Positions 37,823 to 48,156 of a DNA stretch of 64,000 nt are shown here, one piece after another. The stretch covers positions 6,080 through 70,079 of the forward strand of contig JBAYGC010000007.1 in NCBI GenBank assembly GCA_041666845.1. The letters run 5' to 3'. Every line of letters starts with the position of its first letter. Within the stretch, counting starts at the first letter, position 1. The translations under genes were made by a program, and so were the position numbers. Source of the stretch: Patescibacteria group bacterium. Its GTDB lineage: Bacteria > Patescibacteriota > Patescibacteriia > UM-FILTER-42-10. A model generated the notes under the pieces. It was not told the DNA's origin and did not search any database. It saw nothing but the letters and a program-made list of their open reading frames with translations.

Positions 37823-39391
37823 TTACGACCGCTTTGTCAAGCCACTAAGGCGCTTAAGCCAATTACGGATGATATCAGTATTCTCATCGTGCAGGGCATT
37901 ACTTACCAGAAAATAAATGAATGCGCCGATTAAAACTCCGCTACCAATTTGTATAATCCCCATCAATGTTCCGGCAGTAAAAGCGGAACGAAACCACCAC
38001 AAATAAACAGAGAGAATAGCTGACATAATCAGCGTGGCGATGATGCTAGTACGGGTGGTTTTTATGAAAGACTTAATATTGAATCCCTGTACCCGTTTAT
38101 GGAGCATCAATAGAAGTAATGCTAATTGTAACGCATTCGCAACAGCGAATCCGAGTGGAAGTCCTGCCACGCCAATCCATCGTGTGAAAGCAAGGGCGCT
38201 AAAAATATTAGTAGCAGTCATTGCCAGCGAAATAAGTAAGGGGATCTTAGTATCCAATTGTGCATAGAAAGCGCGCAGTAGTAAATGAACGACACTTTCC
38301 AAGGGTGTCACCAGACAAAATACGCCAAGTGTGAAAGCGGTGGCGCGCATGTTGGTATTTGTGAATTGTCCTCCGCTGAAGAGGACGTCCGCGATTTCAT
38401 AGCGGAGCAGAAACATGCCTACTCCGGCCGGCAGAGTAAAGAAAAGAATTCGGGAAAATGTACGGCGGATATGTTCTACGAATTTTGGCCAGTCGTTTGT
38501 ACTTGCTGCATCGGTGAGCGTCGGTGAAACGGCGGTAGCCAAGGCGATCCCAAACAGACTAACGGGCAGACTTTGCAAATTTCTGGATAAATTAAAAATG
38601 GCAATACTTCCGACCGCTAGCGTCGATGCAATAGCATTCCATGCCCAGAGATTGGCCTGGACCGCCATTAGGTTTATCATACGCGGCACCATCAGCGTAC
38701 CGATCTTGCGGAGTGCCGGATGTTTTAAGTCAAGAATGGGGGAATAACGGTAAGGTGTGCGGATTAATTCCACAAACCGGAATAGCAGATGCAAAAAAGC
38801 ACCGGTAATGGTGCCGATAACGGCGGCATGAATACCGAATTTTTCACTGAAAATCAACAGACCAATAACAATGCCGATATTATAAAATACGGGCGAGAAG
38901 GCATAGCTAGCAAATCGTTTCATCGAAACCAGGATCGAACCAAATGCGTTGGAAAGTGCGAAAAGCAGAGGTGAGAGCAGCATTAGGCGCGATAGTTCGA
39001 CGGTAAGTGTTCTTTGTTCACCGGCAAATCCCGGAGCCACTAGTCTGATCAGTATCGGCATCAGAAAAAATACAATTACCGAAAGTACAGTGAGAACAAT
39101 CGCTGTAAGATTGAGCACGGTGTTTGCAACACGAAATGCCTCGGCGGTTTTTTTACGCGCAGTAATATCGGTCAGCACCGGCATCAGAACGGAAAGAGAA
39201 ACACCGGCAAACAATAGATTAGCGATGACATCCGGGATAATGAATGCGGTATTGTATGCATCAAGTGCTGCACCGGCGCCGAAAGTCGAAGCCAGTAGGC
39301 GGTCCCGAAACAAACCAAGCAGATAACTCAGAAAAGATGCCGCACCCAAGATCAGCGCGCTACGGGTAATGGATTGTGATTTTAATTGCAT
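37823..39391 (-). CDS. murJ: Lipid II flippase MurJ
   Basis: LGLFRDRLLASTFGAG, DAYNTAF.IPD, LPVSLFG, RAFYA..DTK.P. Confidence 0.93.
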   Translation of the reverse strand: MQLKSQSITRSALILGAASFLSYLLGLFRDRLLASTFGAGAALDAYNTAFIIPDVIANLLFAGVSLSVLMPVLTDITARKKTAEAFRVANTVLNLTAIVLTVLSVIVFFLMPILIRLVAPGFAGEQRTLTVELSRLMLLSPLLFALSNAFGSILVSMKRFASYAFSPVFYNIGIVIGLLIFSEKFGIHAAVIGTITGAFLHLLFRFVELIRTPYRYSPILDLKHPALRKIGTLMVPRMINLMAVQANLWAWNAIASTLAVGSIAIFNLSRNLQSLPVSLFGIALATAVSPTLTDAASTNDWPKFVEHIRRTFSRILFFTLPAGVGMFLLRYEIADVLFSGGQFTNTNMRATAFTLGVFCLVTPLESVVHLLLRAFYAQLDTKIPLLISLAMTATNIFSALAFTRWIGVAGLPLGFAVANALQLALLLLMLHKRVQGFNIKSFIKTTRTSIIATLIMSAILSVYLWWFRSAFTAGTLMGIIQIGSGVLIGAFIYFLVSNALHDENTDIIRNWLKRLSGLTKRS

Positions 39392-39400
39392 AAGTGTTGG

Positions 39401-41341
39401 TTAACGGACAACGACCCCGGCATTACCGAAGATGCCCCAGTCCTGTTCGAAGCGGGCTTTGGACCAATAGATTTGTCCGGCATAGGTGTCGTTTAAAATA
39501 ATCTGGGTTGGGTTATCTTTGCTGCCGACATAACCGATGACGGTGCGGGCGTGTTCCCCCTTCCAGGCATAAATATATTTTCCGGCAGGAGTGTGCCAAG
39601 AATCTTCATAACCGGAGCCGTAAACTCCCCACACAACTACCGCATTACCCTTGCTGATTTCTTCCGTAATTTGTGTCACATCCCAGCCGGTGAAGGCCTC
39701 AGAGGGGCGCCAATGGTTGGCCGCTCGGGCGATTGGGTCCCAATAGACTCCGTAGCCGGTTGAGTTCTGCCTGCCACGAATATCGCCGACAAAAGCCTCA
39801 TAAGGATCACCCCATATCGCACCGGAGTGTGACGTAGGGTCGTAACCGACATAAGTCATAATATCACTCTCTGAAACAGAAACACTCTTGCCTGCCAGAG
39901 CCATTTTTAAAGCGGCAGCCTCGCATGATAAGGGTAAATCCTGCAGGTCGCTTGCAATGGCAAGCTTCACTACTTCTGGTTCTGTTGTGAAAGAATATGA
40001 CAAATCTTTTGTCAGATCGAGTCCGTGAACACTTACAATGCCACTTTGGATATTTAAATGATAGTTTGTATTATATTGAAGGGAATTTACCGGTTGAATG
40101 TTTACTGTATTTCCTTCCCAGCGGAAAGTTAATAGAACGCTTGGTTCAAGTGTAATATGTGCCTCGGCGGATACATGGTCCACTTCCTGATCAAATGCAA
40201 TTTGAAGACCGCTGTTTACTCCTACACCGGTAGCGCCGTCGTGCGGTGAAATACGAGAGACTTTAATTTCACCGATGGTTGTAAATTTATATGAAACGGG
40301 TTCTTCAAGATAGCCACCACCTTGAGTTTTTGTATTGGCATTAATTAGTACGTTGTATTCAGTCCCATAAGCCAATTTTTTAGCGGGAGTGACAGTGGCA
40401 ACCATACCATTTTCGGAAAGTGTGATAGTAGGTTTGATATCGGGTTTGACTGATAAATTTGCACGTAAGGATTCCACATCCATTGCCTTAGTGAATGTAA
40501 TCGAAATTGGCGCGTCAATAAAAACCGCTTTCCCGGTTGGTGTCGATTCAGCAATCAGAGGTGGCGCGATTGTTTTAAAAGCGCCTTCATATACTTTCTT
40601 CGGGTCACTTCTGTGGACAACTTCGCGGGTCGTAGTATCACGTGAGACGCCGACACGGTATATAGTTAAATTGTATTTTGCTGACTGCTGTAGCGGTTCA
40701 GTCGGGGTGAGTGTGTAGAGATCATTTGTCTCATTAATTGTTTCTTCAACGGTAATTTCCGGATCAAAGACGAATTCAAACTCAGCAATAGCAGGGTTTG
40801 GTTCATTCAGTTTAATGGTGATGGGGGTGGCCGGCGAAATATCTTGTGAATGTATTTTGGGTACTACCGCCAAAACATCCGGTAGGGGGCTGGTTGTAAA
40901 TAAAAAAGCGGACGAGCTCGTTTTCCCGATTGGTAGCGGGCTTTGTATTTGATTAATATTAACCTGATACTTTGTCTCTGCTAGGAGTGTATGGTTTGGC
41001 ACAAATCGGATGCGCCGGAATAGCTGCTGGTTGAATAACGGTGCCTCGAAATGCCATTCACCTTCTATGTCAGGTGAAATAGATACCGAAAGTGCTCGCC
41101 GATCTACGGGACGACTGAAGTTAATTACAATTGGCGTCTCCAGTTCTACGTTTTCGGTGGTCTGCGGACTAATCTGTGTAATTGTTGGAGTAAATATAAA
41201 GTTTCTTGCCAGGATAATAAAAAGTACCAGCCCGCCGGCTAGTACCCCTAAAATAATGATTGCCCGTGTACGCAAAAAACTTAGATATTTTTTATTAACT
41301 ATGACTTTTTTCGCTTTATCCTCGGTAAAATTTTGCAGCAT
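39401..41341 (-). CDS. Surface protein with about four Ig-like (SbsA/Big_5) repeats and a C-terminal C39-like peptidase
   Basis: Repeats P....I.F.....L...T.Y........FTT; Q..LSCEAAA...EHARTVIG...NDT; start uncertain. Confidence 0.8.
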   Translation of the reverse strand: MLQNFTEDKAKKVIVNKKYLSFLRTRAIIILGVLAGGLVLFIILARNFIFTPTITQISPQTTENVELETPIVINFSRPVDRRALSVSISPDIEGEWHFEAPLFNQQLFRRIRFVPNHTLLAETKYQVNINQIQSPLPIGKTSSSAFLFTTSPLPDVLAVVPKIHSQDISPATPITIKLNEPNPAIAEFEFVFDPEITVEETINETNDLYTLTPTEPLQQSAKYNLTIYRVGVSRDTTTREVVHRSDPKKVYEGAFKTIAPPLIAESTPTGKAVFIDAPISITFTKAMDVESLRANLSVKPDIKPTITLSENGMVATVTPAKKLAYGTEYNVLINANTKTQGGGYLEEPVSYKFTTIGEIKVSRISPHDGATGVGVNSGLQIAFDQEVDHVSAEAHITLEPSVLLTFRWEGNTVNIQPVNSLQYNTNYHLNIQSGIVSVHGLDLTKDLSYSFTTEPEVVKLAIASDLQDLPLSCEAAALKMALAGKSVSVSESDIMTYVGYDPTSHSGAIWGDPYEAFVGDIRGRQNSTGYGVYWDPIARAANHWRPSEAFTGWDVTQITEEISKGNAVVVWGVYGSGYEDSWHTPAGKYIYAWKGEHARTVIGYVGSKDNPTQIILNDTYAGQIYWSKARFEQDWGIFGNAGVVVR

Positions 41342-42251
41342 CTTCTGGCGAAACCGAATTAATGATTACCCCAGAGCCAATTTCCACACCGGCCCAAATC
41401 GATCCCCGCGGAGTTATTTTCAGATAGAGATGCTGGTCTTCATCGTTGATCACCTGGTGGAAATAGTAGTTGTAGGGGAGTCCTAGTTCTGCGACTTTGA
41501 GCAAGACTTTTTTTAAAATTTTGGCAAAAGATATTCTTTCCGCGCTAGTCAATACCGTGATATTATCCAAGTGGCGTTTGGGCATGATCCAGATTTCATA
41601 ATTGTGGATGGAGGCGTACGGAGTAAAGGCAATTACGTTTTTGTCTTCAAAGACAAAGCGCGGTCCTTTGCGTTCTTCCTTGATTACATCGCAATATACG
41701 CAGGTTCCCTTTTCCAGTTTATATTCCTGGGTTTTTTGTGATTTATCCATTAGGTGTGGGGGGAGAAACTCGGTGGCGAATACCTGTGAGTGGGAGTGGG
41801 CGACTGACTGACCGGCTTTTCCGCCGTCATTTTTGAAGATTAGGATATATTTAATTTTATCCAGCTTTGAAATCTCATAAGTCCGTTCCGCATAAACGTC
41901 GAAAAGCTTTTTAATGTGGCTCTCTGGTAAATATTCCAATTCAGTCGCGTGGTCCGGCGTTTCAATCACTAATTCCTGAACGCCATAGGCATTAGGATTA
42001 TCCAAAGTAACGGCCGGAAATTTATTTTTGAGCGTCAAAAGTGACCAATTCTTCCCCTGTCCGTCATATTTTCTGATAATCAAATCTTTTTCAATATTCT
42101 CCGGGCAGAAAACACACTTCTTCTCCCTGGTTATTTTGCTGACAATCTGTTCAAAATCATGTGGTCTACTCCCTCGTCGGGGTGCGATGATTACATACTT
42201 GTCTTGAATATAATCTTTTCTTATTTCGGATTTTTGAACGGTTTCGGTCAT
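41316..42251 (-). CDS. GalT-like (HIT superfamily) sugar-1-phosphate nucleotidyltransferase
   Basis: R..RP, CVFCP, NKFP, ELVIETPDH, FKN.G..AG.S..HSHSQ. Confidence 0.85.
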   Translation of the reverse strand: MTETVQKSEIRKDYIQDKYVIIAPRRGSRPHDFEQIVSKITREKKCVFCPENIEKDLIIRKYDGQGKNWSLLTLKNKFPAVTLDNPNAYGVQELVIETPDHATELEYLPESHIKKLFDVYAERTYEISKLDKIKYILIFKNDGGKAGQSVAHSHSQVFATEFLPPHLMDKSQKTQEYKLEKGTCVYCDVIKEERKGPRFVFEDKNVIAFTPYASIHNYEIWIMPKRHLDNITVLTSAERISFAKILKKVLLKVAELGLPYNYYFHQVINDEDQHLYLKITPRGSIWAGVEIGSGVIINSVSPEDAAKFYRG

Positions 42252-42262
42252 GGTAATTATTT

Positions 42263-43732
42263 TTAATTTAATGATTTTTCGTAAAGCTCAATATATTTTA
42301 GCGCCGACTGAGTCCAGGAGAAATCCTGATTCATACAATTAATCACCAATTTTCGCCAGAGGCTTTTGTCTTTGTATATTTGCAGAGATTTTCTAGTAAC
42401 AGCCAGTAATTCATCGCTTTGGTAATTCTGAAACACAAATCCAGTTCCGGTTCCCAGCTGGGCGTTGTAATTTTGGACGGAATCTTTTAATCCGCCAGTG
42501 GCTCTGACAATCGGTACGGTCCCATAACGCATAGCGATCATCTGACCGAGCCCGCATGGTTCAAACCGGGAGGGCATAAAGAACAGATCGGAAGCAGCAT
42601 ATATTTCTTGCGCCAGGTCAGCGTCAAATCCGATAGTAACCGCCACCTTTTCCGGATGTTTTTCCGTCTCCGCTTTCAATTTTTGTTCCAAAATCGCTTC
42701 GCCGGTTCCTAAAAAGACCATTTGTACTTCCAGTGTAGCAAGTTCATCAATGATTTCAAGAATCAAATCTAATCCTTTTTGGTCTGTCAGTCTGGAGACC
42801 ATGCCGATTACCGGGATTTCCTTGTTTTCGGGTAGGCCGACGGCTTTCTGTAGGATCAGTTTGTTTTCAGTCTTTCTCTCTATTTCTTTAATGGAATAAT
42901 TAATTTTAATTTGCGGATCTGTGGCCGGGTTGAAATGATCCTGGTCGATGCCGTTTAGGATGCCGTACAAATTTTCCTTCCTTTTTGCCAAAGTACCTTC
43001 CAATCCTTCTCCAAATTCTTCAGTCAGGATTTCTTTCGCGTAGGTCGGACTAACGGTGTTAATGATGTTACTGTTCAAAATTGCCTGTTGCAGGAAGTTA
43101 ATATCATTGTTCTTGCCGAACCGCTCACTTAAAGTCGGCCAGTCTTTTTCGGTGACGCCCAATTTATCAAACACTTTCTCCGGGGAACATTTTCCCTGGA
43201 AAGCGAGATTGTGGATAGTCAGTACGGTAGGGAAGTCTGGGCGGTCTTTTTCTTTACTGTGCAGTATCTTAATCATTGGGATCATGATGCTGGCATGCCA
43301 GTCATGACAATGGATAACATCCGGTGTCCATTTCAGCGATCCGAACAGTTCCAAGACAGAACGTGCAAAAAAAGTGAAACGCCTGGTTTCCTTGCCGAAA
43401 TCCCCGCCGATGTCGCCGTAATATATTCCATTTTCACCCAATATTTCAGGATGGTCGACAAAATAAACCGGGACAGAGCTGTTTGGTAAATTAGTTTTCC
43501 AAATGCTGACACTTTCCTCTTTGTTTTTGAAGGGGATTTTGACACTTTCTACAATTTTTTTGAGCCCGTATTTTTTTTCATCAATTACTCCGTATTTTGG
43601 CATGATTACACGGACGTCGATTCCCAGTTGCTTCAATGCTTTGGGTAATGCACCCACGACATCGGCTAATCCGCCTACTTTAGCAAAAGGAGTAATTTCA
43701 GATGCGACAAACAGAACTTTTATTTTCTTCAT
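42263..43732 (-). CDS. glgA: Glycogen synthase (copy 1)
   Basis: PFAKVGGLADV, HCHDWH, TIHNLAFQG, SRL..QKG, PSRFEPCGL. Confidence 0.93.
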   Translation of the reverse strand: MKKIKVLFVASEITPFAKVGGLADVVGALPKALKQLGIDVRVIMPKYGVIDEKKYGLKKIVESVKIPFKNKEESVSIWKTNLPNSSVPVYFVDHPEILGENGIYYGDIGGDFGKETRRFTFFARSVLELFGSLKWTPDVIHCHDWHASIMIPMIKILHSKEKDRPDFPTVLTIHNLAFQGKCSPEKVFDKLGVTEKDWPTLSERFGKNNDINFLQQAILNSNIINTVSPTYAKEILTEEFGEGLEGTLAKRKENLYGILNGIDQDHFNPATDPQIKINYSIKEIERKTENKLILQKAVGLPENKEIPVIGMVSRLTDQKGLDLILEIIDELATLEVQMVFLGTGEAILEQKLKAETEKHPEKVAVTIGFDADLAQEIYAASDLFFMPSRFEPCGLGQMIAMRYGTVPIVRATGGLKDSVQNYNAQLGTGTGFVFQNYQSDELLAVTRKSLQIYKDKSLWRKLVINCMNQDFSWTQSALKYIELYEKSLN

Positions 43733-43747
43733 ATTAAATTTTAATTA

Positions 43748-44845
43748 TTATTTGCTGCCTAATTTTTCTTTTAGGAATTCCAGATTACTGGTAGTCTTTC
43801 CGCGGACAGTGGTTAAAAAATTTAATAAATTTTCCGGAGAGGAATTAATCACGCGGTCGGGAGTAACGCCCAACGATTCCAATTTCTTTAATACTTTGAT
43901 CAATCGGACAATTATCCTAACTCCCGGTCCACTGGTCATCCGTTCGATTCGGTATTGATTTAAGATATCAATATCTGCATCACTAGCATCTCCCGCCGCC
44001 CATTTCTTTTTCTCGCCACTGACTTCTGTGCCGCTTGATTTGTACTGGTTGAAATCGTGAGCGTCCAAGTCTAGACTGAACCGCACTCCGCTATTTGCTG
44101 CCATCTCGAGTAGTTTACGGGAAGGTTGGCAATTTAAATTTATTTCAAACGCTTTATTTTGAGCAACCATTTCAGCTAAAATTTCCTGCCAAACACCCCA
44201 GTATTCTTCCCAGTACTCAGGGGATTTTTCCTTGTCTTTTCTGGTGTAGCGGTCAGGATGACCAATCACGTCCACATAACCGTTTCTAACTGTAGCCAGT
44301 AATGACTCTCTAATTGCAGAGGGTTCTTTTTCATTGGCAATAGCATGACGTGAAGCAACAACTAAATCCAGTTTAGCTAAAATTTCATCCGGGACATCCA
44401 CAATTGCCTTACCATCATCATCAAACATGATATTGGCTTCAACACTGGAAAAAGCGATGATATCAAAATTTCCTTCTCGATTGATCCCCTCAATTTCTTC
44501 GGCGCCGGATACTAGTGATTGTGAAATAGAATCTTCAACTGAAAGCTGTTTGGGATGGTGTGTGTCGGAGGCATGTTCGGCAAAAGCTACAAACCGGAGC
44601 CCGATTCTCTGATAATATTCCATAATTTCTTGCGGGCGGTACAATCCTTCGTATTGACCTGTTTCTTCCCGCGTGCTTCTGGTCGAATGGGAATGGGCAT
44701 CGCCCTGCCACCACTTATCTATGTATTGGGTTAATTCTCTCTGCTCACCCGCTTCATCTTCTCTTTGTGGTAGCCCCGCTTGCTCGCGTTTTTTATGTGC
44801 TTCCTCCTGCGGATCGATATATGGTACCGATGGTAGTTCTCTCAT
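43748..44845 (-). CDS. PHP-domain protein (HisJ/PolX-PHP-like)
   Basis: DAHSHS, AEH, VEANI, ASRH, GHPD, FEIN, LDAH. Confidence 0.8.
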   Translation of the reverse strand: MRELPSVPYIDPQEEAHKKREQAGLPQREDEAGEQRELTQYIDKWWQGDAHSHSTRSTREETGQYEGLYRPQEIMEYYQRIGLRFVAFAEHASDTHHPKQLSVEDSISQSLVSGAEEIEGINREGNFDIIAFSSVEANIMFDDDGKAIVDVPDEILAKLDLVVASRHAIANEKEPSAIRESLLATVRNGYVDVIGHPDRYTRKDKEKSPEYWEEYWGVWQEILAEMVAQNKAFEINLNCQPSRKLLEMAANSGVRFSLDLDAHDFNQYKSSGTEVSGEKKKWAAGDASDADIDILNQYRIERMTSGPGVRIIVRLIKVLKKLESLGVTPDRVINSSPENLLNFLTTVRGKTTSNLEFLKEKLGSK

Positions 44846-45711
44846 AAATATTTTTTCAAATTATCATAAATAGTATAAGGCATTTTCATATAATCCTGCA
44901 TGCTGTTGACAATATTCCCTCTGGATCTGGTTTCGCTGTGGAAGTCCGATCCACCCGTCATCAGTAAGCCGTGCTTTTTGGCAAAATATTGATAATGTTC
45001 TACCTGGTGCCAGTTGTGATAAGGGGAGATTGCTTCAATGCCTGCCAGCCCTTCTTCTTTAAGTTCCAGGATAATTGTATCTTCTTCCCAGGTCAGTTTG
45101 TGACCCGGGTGGGCCAGAACGGCCAGTCCGCCGGCATTTTTCACTAAGCTAATTGCATCCGGAGTAAGTAGGCTAGTATGTATAATCGGGCAGAATGCTC
45201 TTTTTGCAAAATATTTGTTAATAATTTCAAACAGATCGGGGTCCGGTTTTCCACAGTCTTTTCGGATTAATTCCTTGTTCTCCGGAAAATCGGAAAGCAT
45301 AGCTATAATCTCTGCCACGCTCAAATATTTTGTGATCAGTGAATCAATTTTTTTCCGATCAACGGTAAACCCGTATTCTTCCAGACGATCAAGTGCTTTT
45401 TTGATATTTGCCAAATGTTGCTGCTGAAGTGTATTAAGGGTTCTGTTTAATTCTTGATCATCAAGATTAAAACCATAACCCAGTAAATGCAACCCCTTAC
45501 CCTTATATTCGGTATAAATTTCTACTCCCGGCACCACCGCGACTCCCTTCTTTTCACCAATTGCCATGATTTCTTTAACACCGTAAATTGTATTGTGGTC
45601 GGTTAAAGAAATCGCCAAAATATTTCTTTCAACAACCCGGTTGACCAATTCTTCACAACTCAAATCACCTCCGGAGTATTGAGAATGAAAATGAAGGTCG
45701 CAATATTTCAT
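44842..45711 (-). CDS. PHP-domain protein (YciV/TrpH-like)
   Basis: DLHFHS, LTDHN, GVEI, HLLGY, LAHP, TGGSDFH. Confidence 0.88.
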   Translation of the reverse strand: MKYCDLHFHSQYSGGDLSCEELVNRVVERNILAISLTDHNTIYGVKEIMAIGEKKGVAVVPGVEIYTEYKGKGLHLLGYGFNLDDQELNRTLNTLQQQHLANIKKALDRLEEYGFTVDRKKIDSLITKYLSVAEIIAMLSDFPENKELIRKDCGKPDPDLFEIINKYFAKRAFCPIIHTSLLTPDAISLVKNAGGLAVLAHPGHKLTWEEDTIILELKEEGLAGIEAISPYHNWHQVEHYQYFAKKHGLLMTGGSDFHSETRSRGNIVNSMQDYMKMPYTIYDNLKKYL

Positions 45712-45723
45712 TTTGCTTCTTGT

Positions 45724-46752
45724 TTACAAATTAAGCAATCGCTTTGCTTCAGGGAAGGTGTGGTCGATAATCGTTCTTTGGACCGCCGCTCTGTTTTTTT
45801 TGGTATCAACTAAAATGGAAACACAGAATGCAGTAATCTGCATTACCCACCAGACTTTCCACAAATCGATCTGCTCTTTAGCCGCCTTGGTATTTTGGTT
45901 GGTTTTTTTGAGATAATTTTTCAGAAATATGTCGTGCAATTTGTGAATGGTTTTTAAGGAAGCTCTTTTCTGCCAGCCCAAGAGTTCCATCTGAACAAAG
46001 TAGTTGGCAATATCGCAGAACGGATCAAATTCCCAGGCGTTACCGAAATCTATCACGCCGACATTATCCCCGTTAAATACAATATTATTGGAATTCAGAT
46101 CACCATGGATCAGACAATGCCGATCCGGTCGGTAATATTTTTTATAACGTTTCAGAAATGTTTCCAGGATTAATTTTCCTTCCGCTTCTAATTCCGGAGA
46201 GAATTTTTTGTAGTCAGTGACAAAGTATCCCACCTCTTCTTGTACTCGCTTTAAGGTTTTTGTCCTACCGGCTTTTATTTTTAAATTATGGAATTTAGCC
46301 ACCCAATTGGATGCGAGTAGCGCCTGTTTTTCCAAGCCCGGTTTGCCGTCCAGAATCAAATCAGTGAAAATCTTTCCCGGGTATTCTTCATAGACCAACA
46401 TCCGCCATTTCGGGTAATTACCAAGCGGGCGTGTGATTTGATATTTGCCGCTATCGAAACCCCTGCTGTAGATTGCCTGCATTGCCTGATCGGAATTTTT
46501 TATTTCCCAAGCTTGGTGGGCACTCGGAACATTTGCCCGGATAATTCTTTTTTCCATCCGTCCGTTCGGGTATTCCAGTTTCAGAGTGTAGCGGACGGAT
46601 TTTTTAAATTTATACGGGCTTTGATCTTTCAGTTCAAAACCAACCAGCTTCGCTCCCCTATAGAACTTAGGGATGATAGTCTCTTTAAAGAATTTTTCCA
46701 TAATTCGGATACTGACTGCATGTCGGAGAATTGAACGGTCCGCTTTTTTCAT
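45724..46752 (-). CDS. Aminoglycoside phosphotransferase-like kinase
   Basis: LIHGDLNSNNI, VIDFG, D...DIA. Confidence 0.8.
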   Translation of the reverse strand: MKKADRSILRHAVSIRIMEKFFKETIIPKFYRGAKLVGFELKDQSPYKFKKSVRYTLKLEYPNGRMEKRIIRANVPSAHQAWEIKNSDQAMQAIYSRGFDSGKYQITRPLGNYPKWRMLVYEEYPGKIFTDLILDGKPGLEKQALLASNWVAKFHNLKIKAGRTKTLKRVQEEVGYFVTDYKKFSPELEAEGKLILETFLKRYKKYYRPDRHCLIHGDLNSNNIVFNGDNVGVIDFGNAWEFDPFCDIANYFVQMELLGWQKRASLKTIHKLHDIFLKNYLKKTNQNTKAAKEQIDLWKVWWVMQITAFCVSILVDTKKNRAAVQRTIIDHTFPEAKRLLNL

Positions 46753-46765
46753 AATTACTTGGCTT

Positions 46766-48145
46766 TTATTTTTTAGTTAGTTCGCTCTCTTTTTCCTTCA
46801 ATTCGGTAACGCGATCCCGAATTTGCGCCGCTCTTTCATACTCCTGTGATTTGGCTGCGGTGAGCATTTGGTTTTCCAGGTTGCCGACGATTTTATCAAA
46901 TTCAGCTTGCGGAATATAAGGCATTTCGGCGGTAATTCTTTGGGTAACATCTTCATCGGAGAGTTTGCTCAGTTCTTCCACCTTCCCGGACCGTTGCCAT
47001 TCAAATGATTCTTGGATGATGTTTAAATACAGATCACGGGCCTTATCTTTCTTTTTCTGATCAATCGGTAATGTCTGCAGGATATCTTTGAATTCTTTGG
47101 CGCCGACCTCAATCATCTCAATGCTCCACCAAGGTTGTGCGGAAGCCCACCAGTATTGATCGGAATGCACGGCTTTGTCCAAAGCGTTTCTCGCTTTTTC
47201 ATATACAGGTGAATTCTGGTCCATGCCGTTTACTTCTTCAATCGCCATATTGGTCAATTCCCATTGCCAGGTATGGATTTGATTATCGTTGCTTTTCCAA
47301 CGTGAGTATGGCGTATTTCTTTCTATATCTTTTTTCATTAATGCCCAGCTGGAATCAAGTGGTTGTACTTCCGCCTTTTTGGTGAATAACTGATCAACAT
47401 CCGATAGAAAAACGCTTTCCAGTTCCTTCGTTTTGTACAAGTCGAAAAGCAGGTCCTCAAGCCCTGGGCGATGGTGGCCGAAAGTTTCACCGTCCATGGC
47501 GGTAATTAAATACTCTTTTTTATTTACCCGATCGCCCAGCAGTTTGACCAGCATGTCGCTGGAAAAAACACTCATGCCGATTTCAGCGGACAAAATGCGG
47601 AAACTAGTTTCCCGATCGCGGAAATATACATTCAGATTGTTATTGCCTTTGAGCTGATAAATTGTATCGGGTTTAATGGCGCCGGTTGTCCCGTTAAATG
47701 CTAGTTCATCCAAAATAATCCATTTGTAGCCCAGTTTTGATGCGATCTCTCCCACCTTTTTGGCATAGCCCATTTCCGTCGGGAAAAAACCTTTCGGCTG
47801 GTATGATTTACCGAAATATTTTTTGTTGGTCTCGTGATTCAACTTGATCTGCCGCTCAATTTCTTTTTCCGGCATCAACGGGAGAAAAGCATGGTATTTG
47901 GCGGAGTCAGTAAAATCAATCTGGCCTCTTTCCGACAGCATTTTCAAATCCGTAACCACATCCATGCAGCCGTCCCGTTCAAAGAGTTCTACCAATGCGG
48001 CATTGATATTCAGCGTTACTTTTGCTTTAGGGTCCGCTTTTAATCCCTTGGTCAGGCGCCGGTAGCTTTCATTGGCGATTTTTTTAACCCAGTATGATTT
48101 CTGAGTCGGCGGTTGGTAGATGTGTAAAAAATTTATCCAATACAT
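46766..48145 (-). CDS. Glycoside hydrolase family 57 with a C-terminal UvrB/UvrC motif
   Basis: HIYQP, ESY, FFPTEM, DGETFGHH, HSD.YWW; tail AAKSQEYERAAQIRD. Confidence 0.85.
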   Translation of the reverse strand: MYWINFLHIYQPPTQKSYWVKKIANESYRRLTKGLKADPKAKVTLNINAALVELFERDGCMDVVTDLKMLSERGQIDFTDSAKYHAFLPLMPEKEIERQIKLNHETNKKYFGKSYQPKGFFPTEMGYAKKVGEIASKLGYKWIILDELAFNGTTGAIKPDTIYQLKGNNNLNVYFRDRETSFRILSAEIGMSVFSSDMLVKLLGDRVNKKEYLITAMDGETFGHHRPGLEDLLFDLYKTKELESVFLSDVDQLFTKKAEVQPLDSSWALMKKDIERNTPYSRWKSNDNQIHTWQWELTNMAIEEVNGMDQNSPVYEKARNALDKAVHSDQYWWASAQPWWSIEMIEVGAKEFKDILQTLPIDQKKKDKARDLYLNIIQESFEWQRSGKVEELSKLSDEDVTQRITAEMPYIPQAEFDKIVGNLENQMLTAAKSQEYERAAQIRDRVTELKEKESELTKK

Positions 48146-48156
48146 TATTTTTTCGT

